Assembly: GCA_964355175.1 (NCBI GenBank)
Contig: CAYHBZ010000002.1
Coordinates: forward strand, 332,537-396,536
From: an uncultured Gammaproteobacteria bacterium
Lineage (GTDB): Bacteria > Patescibacteriota > Patescibacteriia > Magasanikbacterales > GWA2-37-8
DNA: 64,000 nt
Direction of reading: 5' to 3'
The translations under genes were made by a program, and so were the position numbers. The notes below the pieces were generated by a model, which was not told the origin of the DNA, did no database searches, and saw only the letters and a list, made by a program, of their open reading frames with translations. This document shows positions 28,488-37,655 of the stretch, one piece after another. Position 1 is the first letter of the stretch. Each line of letters begins with the position of its first letter.

Positions 28488-30551
28488 ATGGCCAAATATG
28501 TGAAGCCGACGGTCACTTTGACTAGAGTGCAGATTAAATGGAGGGTTGCTTGGATCGGAATTTTATTGGTAGTTTGTGGCCTGATAGTGTCTCCCCAATA
28601 CGCCAATCGTGGTGTTGATTGGGTCAATAGACAGACCAATCTTGGTGTACCTCGTTTACCTGAACAAGGCTTTAATTTAGGCTTGGATTTACAAGGCGGC
28701 GCTCATTTGGTGTACCAAACTGATACTACTCAGGTACCAGATGCCGACAAAGCTGATTCAGTAGAAGGTGTGCGTGATGTTATCGAACGTCGCGTGCGCG
28801 GAGGCCTGGGCGTATCCGAACCATTGGTGCAAACTACCAAAGTGGGAAATGATTATCGTATCATCGTAGAGCTTCCTGGTGTGACGGATGTAAATACCGC
28901 CATCAAAATGATTGGTGAAACTCCAGTACTCGAATTCAAAGAACAGAATGATCAACCTCCACGTGAATTGACCGCAGAAGAACAAAAACAATTGGATCAA
29001 TTCAACGCTAAAGCGACTGCCAAAGCCAACGCCGCTCTCAAAGAAGTAAAAAGTGGCGCGGATTTCGCTACCGTAGTAGCTAAATATACCGAAGACACCG
29101 CCAGCAAAAATAATGGTGGCGATCTTGGTTTTATTGATAACAAAATTTATCCAGAAATTTATAACTGGGCCAAAATTCACAAAGATGGGGAATACAGTAC
29201 CACTTTGGTAAAAAGTTTCGATGGTCTAAATATCCTCAAAAGAATTTCCGAGCGTCAGGGTGAAAAAGAAGTTTCTGCCGCCCATATCTTGATCTGTTAC
29301 AAAGGCGCCACTGCTTGCGATAATCCTCAGTATCTCACCAAAGGAGACGCTTTGAATAAAATTAAAGAAATTAAAGCGCAAGCCAACACTACAAATTTTT
29401 CTGATCTAGCCAAACAGTATTCCACTGAAGGGGCTGCCAAAACCACCGGTGGTGATCTTGGTACTTTTGGAAAAGGTGCAATGGTACCGGAATTTGAAAA
29501 AGCGGTTTTTGACGCTCCAATTGGTAGTATTTCCGAGCCGGTAGAAACTCAATTTGGTTATCATTTGATTTATAAAAAATCCGAACAGTTTGTGAAAGAA
29601 TATGATGTGGCCAGAATATTTGTGAAAACTCAGGAGAAAGCCGATATTGTGCCACCGACTGAAGAATGGAAAAGTAGTGGCTTGTCTGGTACTCAGCTCA
29701 AACGCGCTGAAGTGACTCAAGATTCTCGTACCGGACAAATCCAGGTAAGTTTGAATTTTGATGAGGCTGGTACAAAATTATTCTCTGAAATTACCGGTCG
29801 CAATGTAGGCAAGCCGGTGGCTATCTTCCTAGATGGTCAGCCAATTAGTATCCCAGTAGTAAATGAACCAATCTTGACCGGCAGTGCCGTAATTTCCGGT
29901 GGGTTTACTTTGCTAGAAGCCAAACAACTTTCTCAACGTCTAAATTCCGGTGCTTTACCAGTGCCGGTAGAATTAATCAGCCAGCAAAAAGTAGATGCTA
30001 CTTTGGGTAGCGATTCTTTGGCCAAAAGTTTCTATGCCGGTTTGATCGGGTTGCTCGGTGTGATGATCTTCATGGTTATCTATTATCGTTTACCAGGTGT
30101 GCTTTCCGTATTCTCCTTGGTGATTTATGCTTTGCTGAGTTTGGCCACCTTCAAATTAATTGGTGTAACTTTGACTCTGTCTGGTATCGCCGGTTTTATT
30201 TTGTCTATTGGTATGGCCGTGGATACGAATGTGCTCGTCTTTGAGCGTCTCAAAGAAGAATTACGCGCCGGCAAAAATCTCCACACCGCTTCGGAAGAAT
30301 CTTTCCGACGCTCTTGGCCATCTATTCGTGATGGTCATATCGCCACTCTGGTAAGCTGTGTATTCTTGGTCTGGTTTGGTACCGGCTTCGTACAGGGCTT
30401 TGCCGTGACTTTGGCTATCGGTGTGTTATTCAGTTTATTCACTGCTATCGTCGCTACTCGTGCCATGTCACGGTTGGTATTCAAATGGTTTGACGAAAAA
30501 GGCAATGTGCTTTTCTTGGGTTACACCAAGGGCAATGAAAATAATAAATAA
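28488..30551 (+). CDS. secD: protein translocase subunit SecD with two parvulin-type PPIase domains inserted in the periplasmic P1 region
   Basis: SecD N-terminus (LGLDLQGGAHLVYQ) and C-terminal membrane domain (..MAVDTNVLVFERLKEE..) flank two PpiC/parvulin signatures (..NNGGDLGFI.. and ..TTGGDLGTFGKGAMVPEFEKAVF..EPVETQFGYHLIYK). Confidence 0.85.
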   Translation: MAKYVKPTVTLTRVQIKWRVAWIGILLVVCGLIVSPQYANRGVDWVNRQTNLGVPRLPEQGFNLGLDLQGGAHLVYQTDTTQVPDADKADSVEGVRDVIERRVRGGLGVSEPLVQTTKVGNDYRIIVELPGVTDVNTAIKMIGETPVLEFKEQNDQPPRELTAEEQKQLDQFNAKATAKANAALKEVKSGADFATVVAKYTEDTASKNNGGDLGFIDNKIYPEIYNWAKIHKDGEYSTTLVKSFDGLNILKRISERQGEKEVSAAHILICYKGATACDNPQYLTKGDALNKIKEIKAQANTTNFSDLAKQYSTEGAAKTTGGDLGTFGKGAMVPEFEKAVFDAPIGSISEPVETQFGYHLIYKKSEQFVKEYDVARIFVKTQEKADIVPPTEEWKSSGLSGTQLKRAEVTQDSRTGQIQVSLNFDEAGTKLFSEITGRNVGKPVAIFLDGQPISIPVVNEPILTGSAVISGGFTLLEAKQLSQRLNSGALPVPVELISQQKVDATLGSDSLAKSFYAGLIGLLGVMIFMVIYYRLPGVLSVFSLVIYALLSLATFKLIGVTLTLSGIAGFILSIGMAVDTNVLVFERLKEELRAGKNLHTASEESFRRSWPSIRDGHIATLVSCVFLVWFGTGFVQGFAVTLAIGVLFSLFTAIVATRAMSRLVFKWFDEKGNVLFLGYTKGNENNK

Positions 30552-30555
30552 TCCT

Positions 30556-31464
30556 ATGATACCTTTTATTAAATACGCCAAATATTTATTGGCCGTAAGC
30601 GCGGTAGTAACGGTAATTAGTTTGGTCGCCCTTTTCACATGGGGATTAAAACCAAGTATTGATTTCACCGGCGGTTCATTGCTTGAAATAAGTTTCAGCA
30701 GTACTGTCCCAGACACTGCCGTTGTGGAAGCAACTCTGAAATCTGTTGGCCAAGAAAATGTCTTGATCCAAAAAACAGACGACAATAAATTAATTATTCG
30801 CACCGCTTTCTTGGATGAAGATGAACATCAAGCTGTGCTCAAAGGTTTACGCTCCAAATTTGAAACCAAAGACAATAAAGTAAACGAAGATCAGTTTGAA
30901 ACTATCGGTGCCGCTGTGAGTAGTCAACTCCGCAAGCGTGCTGTCACTGCGGTAATTTTGGTAGTGTTTAGCATCGTGGCCTTTGTGGCCTATGCTTTCC
31001 GCTCGGTGTCCTATCCGGTAGCCAGTTGGAAATATGGTGTTACCGCTATCATCGCCGCTATGCATGATGTATTGCTCGTAGTAGGTGTGTTTGCATTCCT
31101 CGGTCATTATCATAATGTAGAGGTAGATATTGGTTTTGTGGTGGCACTCCTCACAGTGATGGGCTACTCGGTGCAGGATACTATCGTAGTATACGATCGT
31201 ATTCGTGAAAATCTTTTGCACCGCCGCAGTGGCAACTTTAGTGAAATGATAGATATTGGTTTGAATGAAACTTTGATGCGTTCTATCAACACCACTTTGA
31301 TTACGATGATTCCTTTGACTGCTTTGTATATCCTCGGTGGTTCTAGTATCCATAATTTTGCTTTGGCTTTGTTGTTGGGTATTGCTTCCTGTGCTTATTC
31401 TTCTATCTTCGTAGCCAGCCCGTTGCTTGCTTATGTAGATAAATGGCAGAATAAAAAGAAATAA
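30556..31464 (+). CDS. secF: protein translocase subunit SecF
   Basis: Starts MIPFIKYAKYLLAV... with the SecF DFTGGS motif. The ORF-track start at 30421 overlaps secD and is probably upstream read-through in the same frame. Confidence 0.85.
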   Translation: MIPFIKYAKYLLAVSAVVTVISLVALFTWGLKPSIDFTGGSLLEISFSSTVPDTAVVEATLKSVGQENVLIQKTDDNKLIIRTAFLDEDEHQAVLKGLRSKFETKDNKVNEDQFETIGAAVSSQLRKRAVTAVILVVFSIVAFVAYAFRSVSYPVASWKYGVTAIIAAMHDVLLVVGVFAFLGHYHNVEVDIGFVVALLTVMGYSVQDTIVVYDRIRENLLHRRSGNFSEMIDIGLNETLMRSINTTLITMIPLTALYILGGSSIHNFALALLLGIASCAYSSIFVASPLLAYVDKWQNKKK

Positions 31465-31496
31465 GTACTTTCACGACAAAATAATAATCAACAGCT

Positions 31497-31533
31497 AAAA
31501 CCCGCCCTCACAGAGTGCGGGTTTTTTATTTTT
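31497..31533 (+). terminator. rho-independent terminator
   Basis: AAACCCGC-CCTCACAGAGT-GCGGGTTTTTT. Confidence 0.75.
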
Positions 31534-31558
31534 GTGATATAATAATAGCATAATTATT

Positions 31559-31630
31559 TTGTCATTCTGAGTAAAACGAAGAATCCCTTAAAGTTTGGTA
31601 AAAGGGATCCTTCGCTACGCTCAGGATGAC
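31559..31630. repeat. inverted pair of short intergenic repeat units (GTCATTCTGAGTAAAACGAAGAATCCC ... GGGATCCTTCGCTACGCTCAGGATGAC)
   Basis: The two units are imperfect reverse complements separated by 16 nt and predict a long hairpin. The same unit recurs at 40473, 62941 and 63003. Confidence 0.6.
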
Positions 31631-31820
31631 AGTGTTTAAAAAAACTATGTCTGGTCATGGTAGTGGGGCAAGCAGTCGTCATCTCGTGGCTTTTTTGGCC
31701 ACGGCGGTGGCTGGCCTTGCCTTTATATCCGGCTATGCTTCCGGCCTGCACGGCTGGTGGTGGACCGCCTTTGGATTGGCGGTAGTATATGGCGGAGTAT
31801 ATAAAATTATAGACGCCTAG
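31626..31820 (+). CDS. small hydrophobic protein (64 aa), tentative
   Basis: Two predicted TM helices. Sits immediately upstream of the TraD-N-domain paralog. Could be spurious. Confidence 0.3.
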   Translation: MTVFKKTMSGHGSGASSRHLVAFLATAVAGLAFISGYASGLHGWWWTAFGLAVVYGGVYKIIDA

Positions 31821-31824
31821 AGCT

Positions 31825-33249
31825 ATGAATGATTTTTCTTTTTTCTCCGTTTTTGGTTTTACCATTAATTGGGATTTTTGGAATTGGATAGTGGTTCAGC
31901 CACCCAGCGATACTGTCTGGTATATTTTTGTTATTATTGGTTGGGCCGCGTTAGCACTCGTATTTTTCTATATGGGTGCTCATTTTTGGGTGAATTATCG
32001 CAGAGAAAAATATACGGCCAAATGGCAATGGATGGTATTGGCTGTGGATGTGCCACCGCTATATATTCAAACCCCAAAAGCGGTAGAGCAAATTTTTGCC
32101 CATCTCAGCGGCGCAAAAGTGGGTATCAGTATCAGGCAAAAATACTGGGAAGGAAAGAAACAAAAATATTTTAGTTTTGAAATAGTTTCGGTGGAAGGCT
32201 ATATCCAATTTCTCATTCGCACCGAAGCGGAATTTCGTGATTTGGTAGAAGCGGCCGTGTATGCGCAATATCCGGAAGCGGAAATTACCGAGATCGAGGA
32301 CTATGTGGATATGGTGCCAAATTCTTTTCCAAATTCCACCCATCATATGTTGGCGGTGGAATTCAAATTGGCCGATGCCGACGCTTATCCTATTCGTACC
32401 TATCCCAGCTTTGAATATAAAATTAGCAAAGACGATGTTTTCAGTGATCCGATGGCCGCGATTTTGGAAAACTTTTCTCGTATTGGTCATGGCGAAAATT
32501 TATGGTTTCAAATTATTCTCGAGCCTACGGGCAGTGCTTGGAAAACCAAAGGGATTGCTTTGCTAAAAAGTATTATTGCCGGTGATCACGGTCATCACGG
32601 TAATCCAGTCTTGAGTTTTATTGGCGATTTACCGATGAAGGTGGCCAAAGAATTATTTACCATAATGAATAACACTGAATTTAGCGGCCATGAAGAGGAG
32701 CACGCGCCAGTGGCCGGGAAAATTAGCGATCTGACGCCCGGCGTCAAATCTACTCTCGAAGCGATAGAAGATAAAATTGCCAAGATTGGTTTCAAAACAA
32801 AAATGCGCGCGGTGTATATGGCTCGCAACGAAGTGTTCAATCCCAGCCGCTGTATTGATGGCTTTGTTGGTGCGATGAACCAGTTTCATATTCAGAGTCG
32901 CAACGCGATAGTGCCAAGTTCGATAAGTCATGGACATTTTGTTTTTTTCAAACGCTGGCAACAAGAAATGTTGGATAATAAATTTATAAAAAATTATGTC
33001 AAAAGAAAAATCAAATCTGGCGCCAGTCCATACATATTAAACATTGAAGAGTTAGCCACGGTGTGGCATTTCCCATTACCATTTGTGAAGACCCCGCTTG
33101 TACAAAAATCCGGAGCAAAGCGTGGCGAACCGCCTATCAATCTTCCTGTGGATATGATCGAAAGCCCGCTAAAAGTGAAGACCAAAGGCCAAGCGCTGCC
33201 TCCGCCACCATTGCCCGAGCCCGAAGTGGAAGAATTGCCTTATGGATAA
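31825..33249 (+). CDS. membrane-anchored protein homologous to the N-terminal ~450-aa domain of the TraD/VirD4-like ATPase at 42993..45554 (no ATPase domain)
   Basis: Shared blocks include EIVSVEGYIQFLIRTEAEFRDLVEAAVYAQYPEAEITEIEDY vs SFEIVVKDAKISFYVAIPDKWKDFVEQQIHAQYPHAEISVETDY, and LATVWHFPLPFVKTP vs MASLWHMPVPNTETP. Single N-terminal TM helix and a Pro-rich C-terminus. Confidence 0.6.
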   Translation: MNDFSFFSVFGFTINWDFWNWIVVQPPSDTVWYIFVIIGWAALALVFFYMGAHFWVNYRREKYTAKWQWMVLAVDVPPLYIQTPKAVEQIFAHLSGAKVGISIRQKYWEGKKQKYFSFEIVSVEGYIQFLIRTEAEFRDLVEAAVYAQYPEAEITEIEDYVDMVPNSFPNSTHHMLAVEFKLADADAYPIRTYPSFEYKISKDDVFSDPMAAILENFSRIGHGENLWFQIILEPTGSAWKTKGIALLKSIIAGDHGHHGNPVLSFIGDLPMKVAKELFTIMNNTEFSGHEEEHAPVAGKISDLTPGVKSTLEAIEDKIAKIGFKTKMRAVYMARNEVFNPSRCIDGFVGAMNQFHIQSRNAIVPSSISHGHFVFFKRWQQEMLDNKFIKNYVKRKIKSGASPYILNIEELATVWHFPLPFVKTPLVQKSGAKRGEPPINLPVDMIESPLKVKTKGQALPPPPLPEPEVEELPYG

Positions 33250-33255
33250 AATTAA

Positions 33256-33281
33256 AGCCCTCAGTGATGAGGGCTTTTTGT
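33256..33281 (+). terminator. rho-independent terminator
   Basis: AGCCCTCA-GTGA-TGAGGGCT then TTTTTG. Confidence 0.8.
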
Positions 33282-33311
33282 TTAATCTAAAGCAAAATAA
33301 AGGCAAATAGA

Positions 33312-33340
33312 TTGACAAAACCACTATTTTATGCTATACT
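33312..33340 (+). promoter_or_regulatory. near-consensus sigma70 promoter (TTGACA-17-TATACT) for the islet 3 gene
   Basis: aTTGACAaaaccactattttatgcTATACTatt. A perfect 16-bp-arm palindrome follows at 33392-33438. Confidence 0.5.
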
Positions 33341-33501
33341 ATTCAGTTAGTTCTTTTATAACTATAATGACCAAGTCGTACCAAAAGAGGTAATGGGTAT
33401 CATATATTTCTAAAAAATAGGAATATATGATACCCATTTGCCTCCGGAACTTTTTCCTGAGGCGTTCGTTGGCTGGGTGCCAACATCCTTCAGGAGACAA
33501 G

Positions 33502-33909
33502 ATGAATCCCTCGGTTACTTATTGTGTGATTCTCGTCCGTGATGTGGTGGATGAAGAAGGGCGGAAGGAAGAGTACGAATCGCCGTTTGTTGTGACCAAG
33601 GAGTCACAGTGGTCGTTCGGGTTCTTGCCCGAAACGGACCAGGAGATCCGCTTCGGCGAATTCGGTGACAACGAGAAGGAGACCATCGCCAATGTAACCA
33701 TGACCAGGATCTATCCCGACAGTGGGCGGATGGTTATCTTTTGCAAGGTCAAGTACATGTGGGACATGCAGAGGTTGCGCACGCAGGGTTGGACGCTCGA
33801 AGGCTCTGTCCGTCTCGGTGCACCGGAGGTGGAAGTCCTGTACCAATGGCACCTCAATTGGGCGGATAATGGCTATAAGGACAAGGATCTCCAAGAAGCG
33901 GAGTTCTAG
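33502..33909 (+). CDS. orphan soluble protein encoded in high-GC islet 3 (alternative start 33427)
   Basis: ~57% GC. Starts MNPSVTYCVIL.. with the Shine-Dalgarno CAGGAGAC just upstream. No motif I recognise. Confidence 0.45.
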   Translation: MNPSVTYCVILVRDVVDEEGRKEEYESPFVVTKESQWSFGFLPETDQEIRFGEFGDNEKETIANVTMTRIYPDSGRMVIFCKVKYMWDMQRLRTQGWTLEGSVRLGAPEVEVLYQWHLNWADNGYKDKDLQEAEF

Positions 33910-34085
33910 TCCTCTGTCGTCAGCCCAACAGCCCCACTCGCTACAAGCGGGCAGTGGGGCAGACGCGGTAGATATCACTCGCCGCGCAATTTGAAAATAA
34001 CATATTTGTTTTCAGATTGTGCGAGTGATATAAACGCTTAAAAAATAAAACACACCAATTAAATTTGGTGTGTTTTTTGTTTTGT

Positions 34086-34616
34086 TTATTTTGTTGTCTG
34101 TAAACTTGTTTCCGGAACCAATTTTTTTATCATTTCATATCCGCCAATCAGTACACCGCTGTAGAATAAGTTGCTTATAATTTCATTGCGCCAGAAGGGG
34201 AGAGCCATATAATAGCTTTGCAACAATCCGGAAAAGTCATGAGTGTACATGGTGCCAAATAGCCAGACTGCGCCATTGGTAAGTAAGAAGAAAATTAGAC
34301 TACCGGAAAGTACACCGATGATAACATTGGAAACGCCAATTTTATTTTTTAGATATTGGCCGATTAGCACCATCAAAACAAATCCAACATATACTGAAGC
34401 CATAATTGATGGGCGATAGAAACCAATAAAGATATCGCTGATAAACATTGCCGCCAAAGGTAAAAGCAAAGATTCTTTTTTGCCCAGATATAAACCGGCA
34501 AATAGAGCGACCGCGCCCATAGCGGTAAAATTACCAGGGTGAGGCATGAAGCGGGTGGCAATGGCCAGGATTATTAGCAGGTAGATAGGTAATTTTTTCA
34601 TAAGTTCAGTAATCAT
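34086..34616 (-). CDS. 6-TM membrane protein resembling ECF-transporter S components (substrate-capture subunit), tentative
   Basis: 176 aa, six hydrophobic helices, size and topology typical of vitamin-specific ECF S components. Last gene of a minus-strand cluster with the DUF4430 protein and the giant surface protein. Confidence 0.4.
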   Translation of the reverse strand: MITELMKKLPIYLLIILAIATRFMPHPGNFTAMGAVALFAGLYLGKKESLLLPLAAMFISDIFIGFYRPSIMASVYVGFVLMVLIGQYLKNKIGVSNVIIGVLSGSLIFFLLTNGAVWLFGTMYTHDFSGLLQSYYMALPFWRNEIISNLFYSGVLIGGYEMIKKLVPETSLQTTK

Positions 34617-34628
34617 TTAGTGGCTAAA

Positions 34629-37600
34629 TTATAGCACATTCTTTATCAATCTCAAACCTAAGTACAGTCCAAGCGCGGCGGCACTGCCTCCGGTCACAGC
34701 GAGCACTTTTTTGGCGGTGCGGCGGGTAGGAGTGTCGAGCGGCAAGTCGTCGATTGGGCTGGTTTTGTCTTCTATTTTTTCTGCGGAGCTTAATTGCTGC
34801 TGTTGTTTAAGAGAAGTGATATTGTCAGATGAGTTGTTGGAATCATTGTTGGTGGTAGGGGAAACAGCTACCACTTTGACAGTAGGTTGTGCTACCAAAA
34901 TCACTGGTTTGGTTTCAGGTAATTCTGTTGCTAGCACGACAGTGGTCGTAGCGGGGGTAGTGGTTGCTATGGTCGTGGTAGCTACTGTAGTGGTGGCAAT
35001 GGTAGTGGTTGCTATAGTAGTGGTAGGAGTACTCGTAGGAATTACAATAATTTCAGAAGATCCACCCGAGCCAGTAGTGACAGATTTTGGATCCAAAGTT
35101 ATTGGCCAAGATTTTCCAAGCATAGCTGGTACGGCAGATTTCGTGCCAAACCAATCAATGCCACCATCCCAGGATTGAGTGAAATGATCATTATTTAAAG
35201 TTGTCAAAATATACCAAGGGTTTTTTCCGACAGAATTAAACCATTCATTTTGGCCTTCTCCCAAAGCATTAATACCCATCACAGCCCAGCTGGTCGTCAG
35301 GCTGTCTGACTCAGCACAGCCATTAGTGTAATCATAGCAACCCCAGCCACCATCGGTGTGCTGTTGGTTTTTTAGATATTGTTTTGCTTTTGTATAAATA
35401 TCGGCATTCACAGTCGCGCCATTATTTTCGGCATACTTCAAAGCATTCACAGCCGCACCCGTAAGATCTGGTGATTCAAATGGACCGGGATAAGCGAAAC
35501 CACCGTCGGCTTCTTGATTGGCTTTGATTGCACTGAGCGTGGTCTGCACTACTGGTGAATTTTGGTCTTCGCCGATAGCAATGGCCGCGATCAAACCAAA
35601 TATGTCATCGTTAATTCCAGTTTGTCCAAAGATGTTATTTTGTACGCATGCGTCTAGCTTTGTTTTTAGGGCAATAATTTTGCTGTCATTTTTGGCGACA
35701 CTACTGGCGAGCAAACCTAAAATGTGACGAGGGTAAGCGGCGCAACTATTTAATTCTGTGTCTAAAAGACTACTATCGTAGTTGTATAGATAATTATAAA
35801 GAGACGAACTGGAATTTTTTACATCCGCGGCGTAAATATTTTTGGCGGCAAAAGTCAGGGCCAACCAATCCGAAGTGCCGGCGTCGATAATTTTACCATC
35901 AGCGCTTTGGTTGGTTTTGATAAAGTTAATTAATTTTGTGACAGCGCTGTCTATAGCGGTGGTGGAAATTAGTTGGTTGCTAGGAGAGCTGGATCCACCG
36001 CCGGAAGTGGAAGTAGTGCTGGTAGTATTTTGGTTGCTAGGCAAGTCGGTCACTACCAGTGTAATAGGCGCGCTCCATTTTAAGTAATTTTCATCGGTAA
36101 TTTTGGCAGAGTATGTGCCGGTGCTACTAAAATTATAGTAAGCCACACCTTGGTCATTGCTCAGTGTGGTGGAAACTGTAATGTCTGTGTCCCACCAGCC
36201 GGTAGGAGTAGGATTGGGAATAGTGATGGCCACTAAATCATTTGGATCCAAAACCCATTCGTTGCTTAGGTCGCTGTAATTATATTTCCAAGTATAAAAT
36301 GGCGTGGAAGTATTGATATAGACATTATTACTTGGGGTCGTAATTTTCCAAGAGTCTCCAAAATAAATATAAATATTTTCACCACCGTTTAAGGTCATAC
36401 TGCCCATACCAACTTGAGGGTAGACATTATTAACAACATAATTCCAATTACCACAAGTGGATGTGGCGATGCTTTCAATGTATAAACAGTTCAGATAATA
36501 GCCATAGTCGGAGAGTTGTAGATCGGATATAGAAAAGGTGGTAGTATTTTGAGCCGCATTTATTAAAGCTGTAAGAACGGTGGTCGAGGTAGTGGAAGTA
36601 GTTAATCCTTGGTTGTATGTAATCAAGGTATTGGTGGATAAAGTTACAGGACCAGAAAAAACAAAACCATTTTGATAACGGATATTTAGGTTAACAGTTA
36701 AATCTGTGGAGCTGGCAGTGCTAGCAACAGAACCTGTGTCCTCTGGTGTAGGCGCAACATACGGATCAAAAGTAAAGTTATTTATAATAAATTCATTGGT
36801 AGTATTGTTGGTTGGAATCAATCCTCTGTATTGCCAAAAATTTATATCTACCAAGGCATTGCTTGGGTCAAAATTATTGGTACTACCATCGGTGCTGGTT
36901 GTGTATGTCCAGCTACTGATGGTATTTCCATTTTGAGTGGTACTAAAATTAATTTTATCTGGTTGCCAATCGATAATATCTTCAAAAATACCATCGGAGA
37001 AAGTGGCCACTGAAATTTGTTTGTTGCCATCTTTACTGCCAGGCTGTACGACATAGAATAGATTATCACTGCCAGTTTCATCGGCCCAGTAAGAATGTTC
37101 GATGTCCAGTTCGTGACTATCATCCTGGTATAAAAAAGGCGCGGCTACCAGATTATGATCGAGTAAATCAGGGCGAGTGTTTATTTCAAAAGTATATTTT
37201 CCGTAACCTAAAGAAGCAGGTAGATAAACTTCGGAAGAGTACCATTTCTGATCATCTGCGTGTTGGGAAACTCTTAAGTGTAGGGCGGATCCGTCCAGGA
37301 AGACATCTTTATCCGTATTGCCCCAATTATTTTTAATTCCTGTATCTGTAATGCCGGGTAGTCCAGTTCCGCCTCGCACTTTCCAGGTGCGACCGGCAAA
37401 ATCTATTGTGTCCAAGATTGTGGGTCCAAAAGCTTCAAGAATTAAGGGAGTGAAGTTTTCGGTGGTAGTGGTGGTGCTGTTTGTTTCGGTTGATTGAGTA
37501 GTCTCGGCCTCTATAACGGTAGTAGTGGAAGTGGAGGATGTTTCTTCAGTGGTGGTAGTGTTTTCTTCTGCCCGACTGTTACCGGCCACAAATACTATTC

Positions 37601-37655
37601 CCAAAATAATTATCGCCCCCCAGATCAGTTGTTTTTTAAAATTGAGGTACTTCAT
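34629..37655 (-). CDS. giant cell-surface protein: signal peptide, GH16/concanavalin-like domain, Thr-rich linkers, prenyltransferase/terpene-cyclase-like alpha/alpha-toroid repeats, C-terminal TM anchor
   Basis: HELDIEH matches the GH16 catalytic ExDxE motif. ..QEADGGFAYPGPF..TDGGWGCYDY.. resemble squalene-cyclase/prenyltransferase repeats. Long T/S-rich low-complexity runs. C-terminal VLAVTGGSAAALGLYLGLRLI anchor. Confidence 0.65.
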   Translation of the reverse strand: MKYLNFKKQLIWGAIIILGIVFVAGNSRAEENTTTTEETSSTSTTTVIEAETTQSTETNSTTTTTENFTPLILEAFGPTILDTIDFAGRTWKVRGGTGLPGITDTGIKNNWGNTDKDVFLDGSALHLRVSQHADDQKWYSSEVYLPASLGYGKYTFEINTRPDLLDHNLVAAPFLYQDDSHELDIEHSYWADETGSDNLFYVVQPGSKDGNKQISVATFSDGIFEDIIDWQPDKINFSTTQNGNTISSWTYTTSTDGSTNNFDPSNALVDINFWQYRGLIPTNNTTNEFIINNFTFDPYVAPTPEDTGSVASTASSTDLTVNLNIRYQNGFVFSGPVTLSTNTLITYNQGLTTSTTSTTVLTALINAAQNTTTFSISDLQLSDYGYYLNCLYIESIATSTCGNWNYVVNNVYPQVGMGSMTLNGGENIYIYFGDSWKITTPSNNVYINTSTPFYTWKYNYSDLSNEWVLDPNDLVAITIPNPTPTGWWDTDITVSTTLSNDQGVAYYNFSSTGTYSAKITDENYLKWSAPITLVVTDLPSNQNTTSTTSTSGGGSSSPSNQLISTTAIDSAVTKLINFIKTNQSADGKIIDAGTSDWLALTFAAKNIYAADVKNSSSSLYNYLYNYDSSLLDTELNSCAAYPRHILGLLASSVAKNDSKIIALKTKLDACVQNNIFGQTGINDDIFGLIAAIAIGEDQNSPVVQTTLSAIKANQEADGGFAYPGPFESPDLTGAAVNALKYAENNGATVNADIYTKAKQYLKNQQHTDGGWGCYDYTNGCAESDSLTTSWAVMGINALGEGQNEWFNSVGKNPWYILTTLNNDHFTQSWDGGIDWFGTKSAVPAMLGKSWPITLDPKSVTTGSGGSSEIIVIPTSTPTTTIATTTIATTTVATTTIATTTPATTTVVLATELPETKPVILVAQPTVKVVAVSPTTNNDSNNSSDNITSLKQQQQLSSAEKIEDKTSPIDDLPLDTPTRRTAKKVLAVTGGSAAALGLYLGLRLIKNVL

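Noticed and set aside
30421-30555. N-terminal 45 codons of the track ORF for secF, overlapping the end of secD.
   Set aside because: The SecF consensus begins at the ATG at 30556 immediately after the secD stop. The upstream in-frame stretch is a continuation inside secD's 3' end.
32059-33290. Several overlapping ORFs on both strands inside the 31825..33249 gene.
   Set aside because: The 474-aa frame has a detectable paralog relationship to the TraD-like N-domain. The others lack support.
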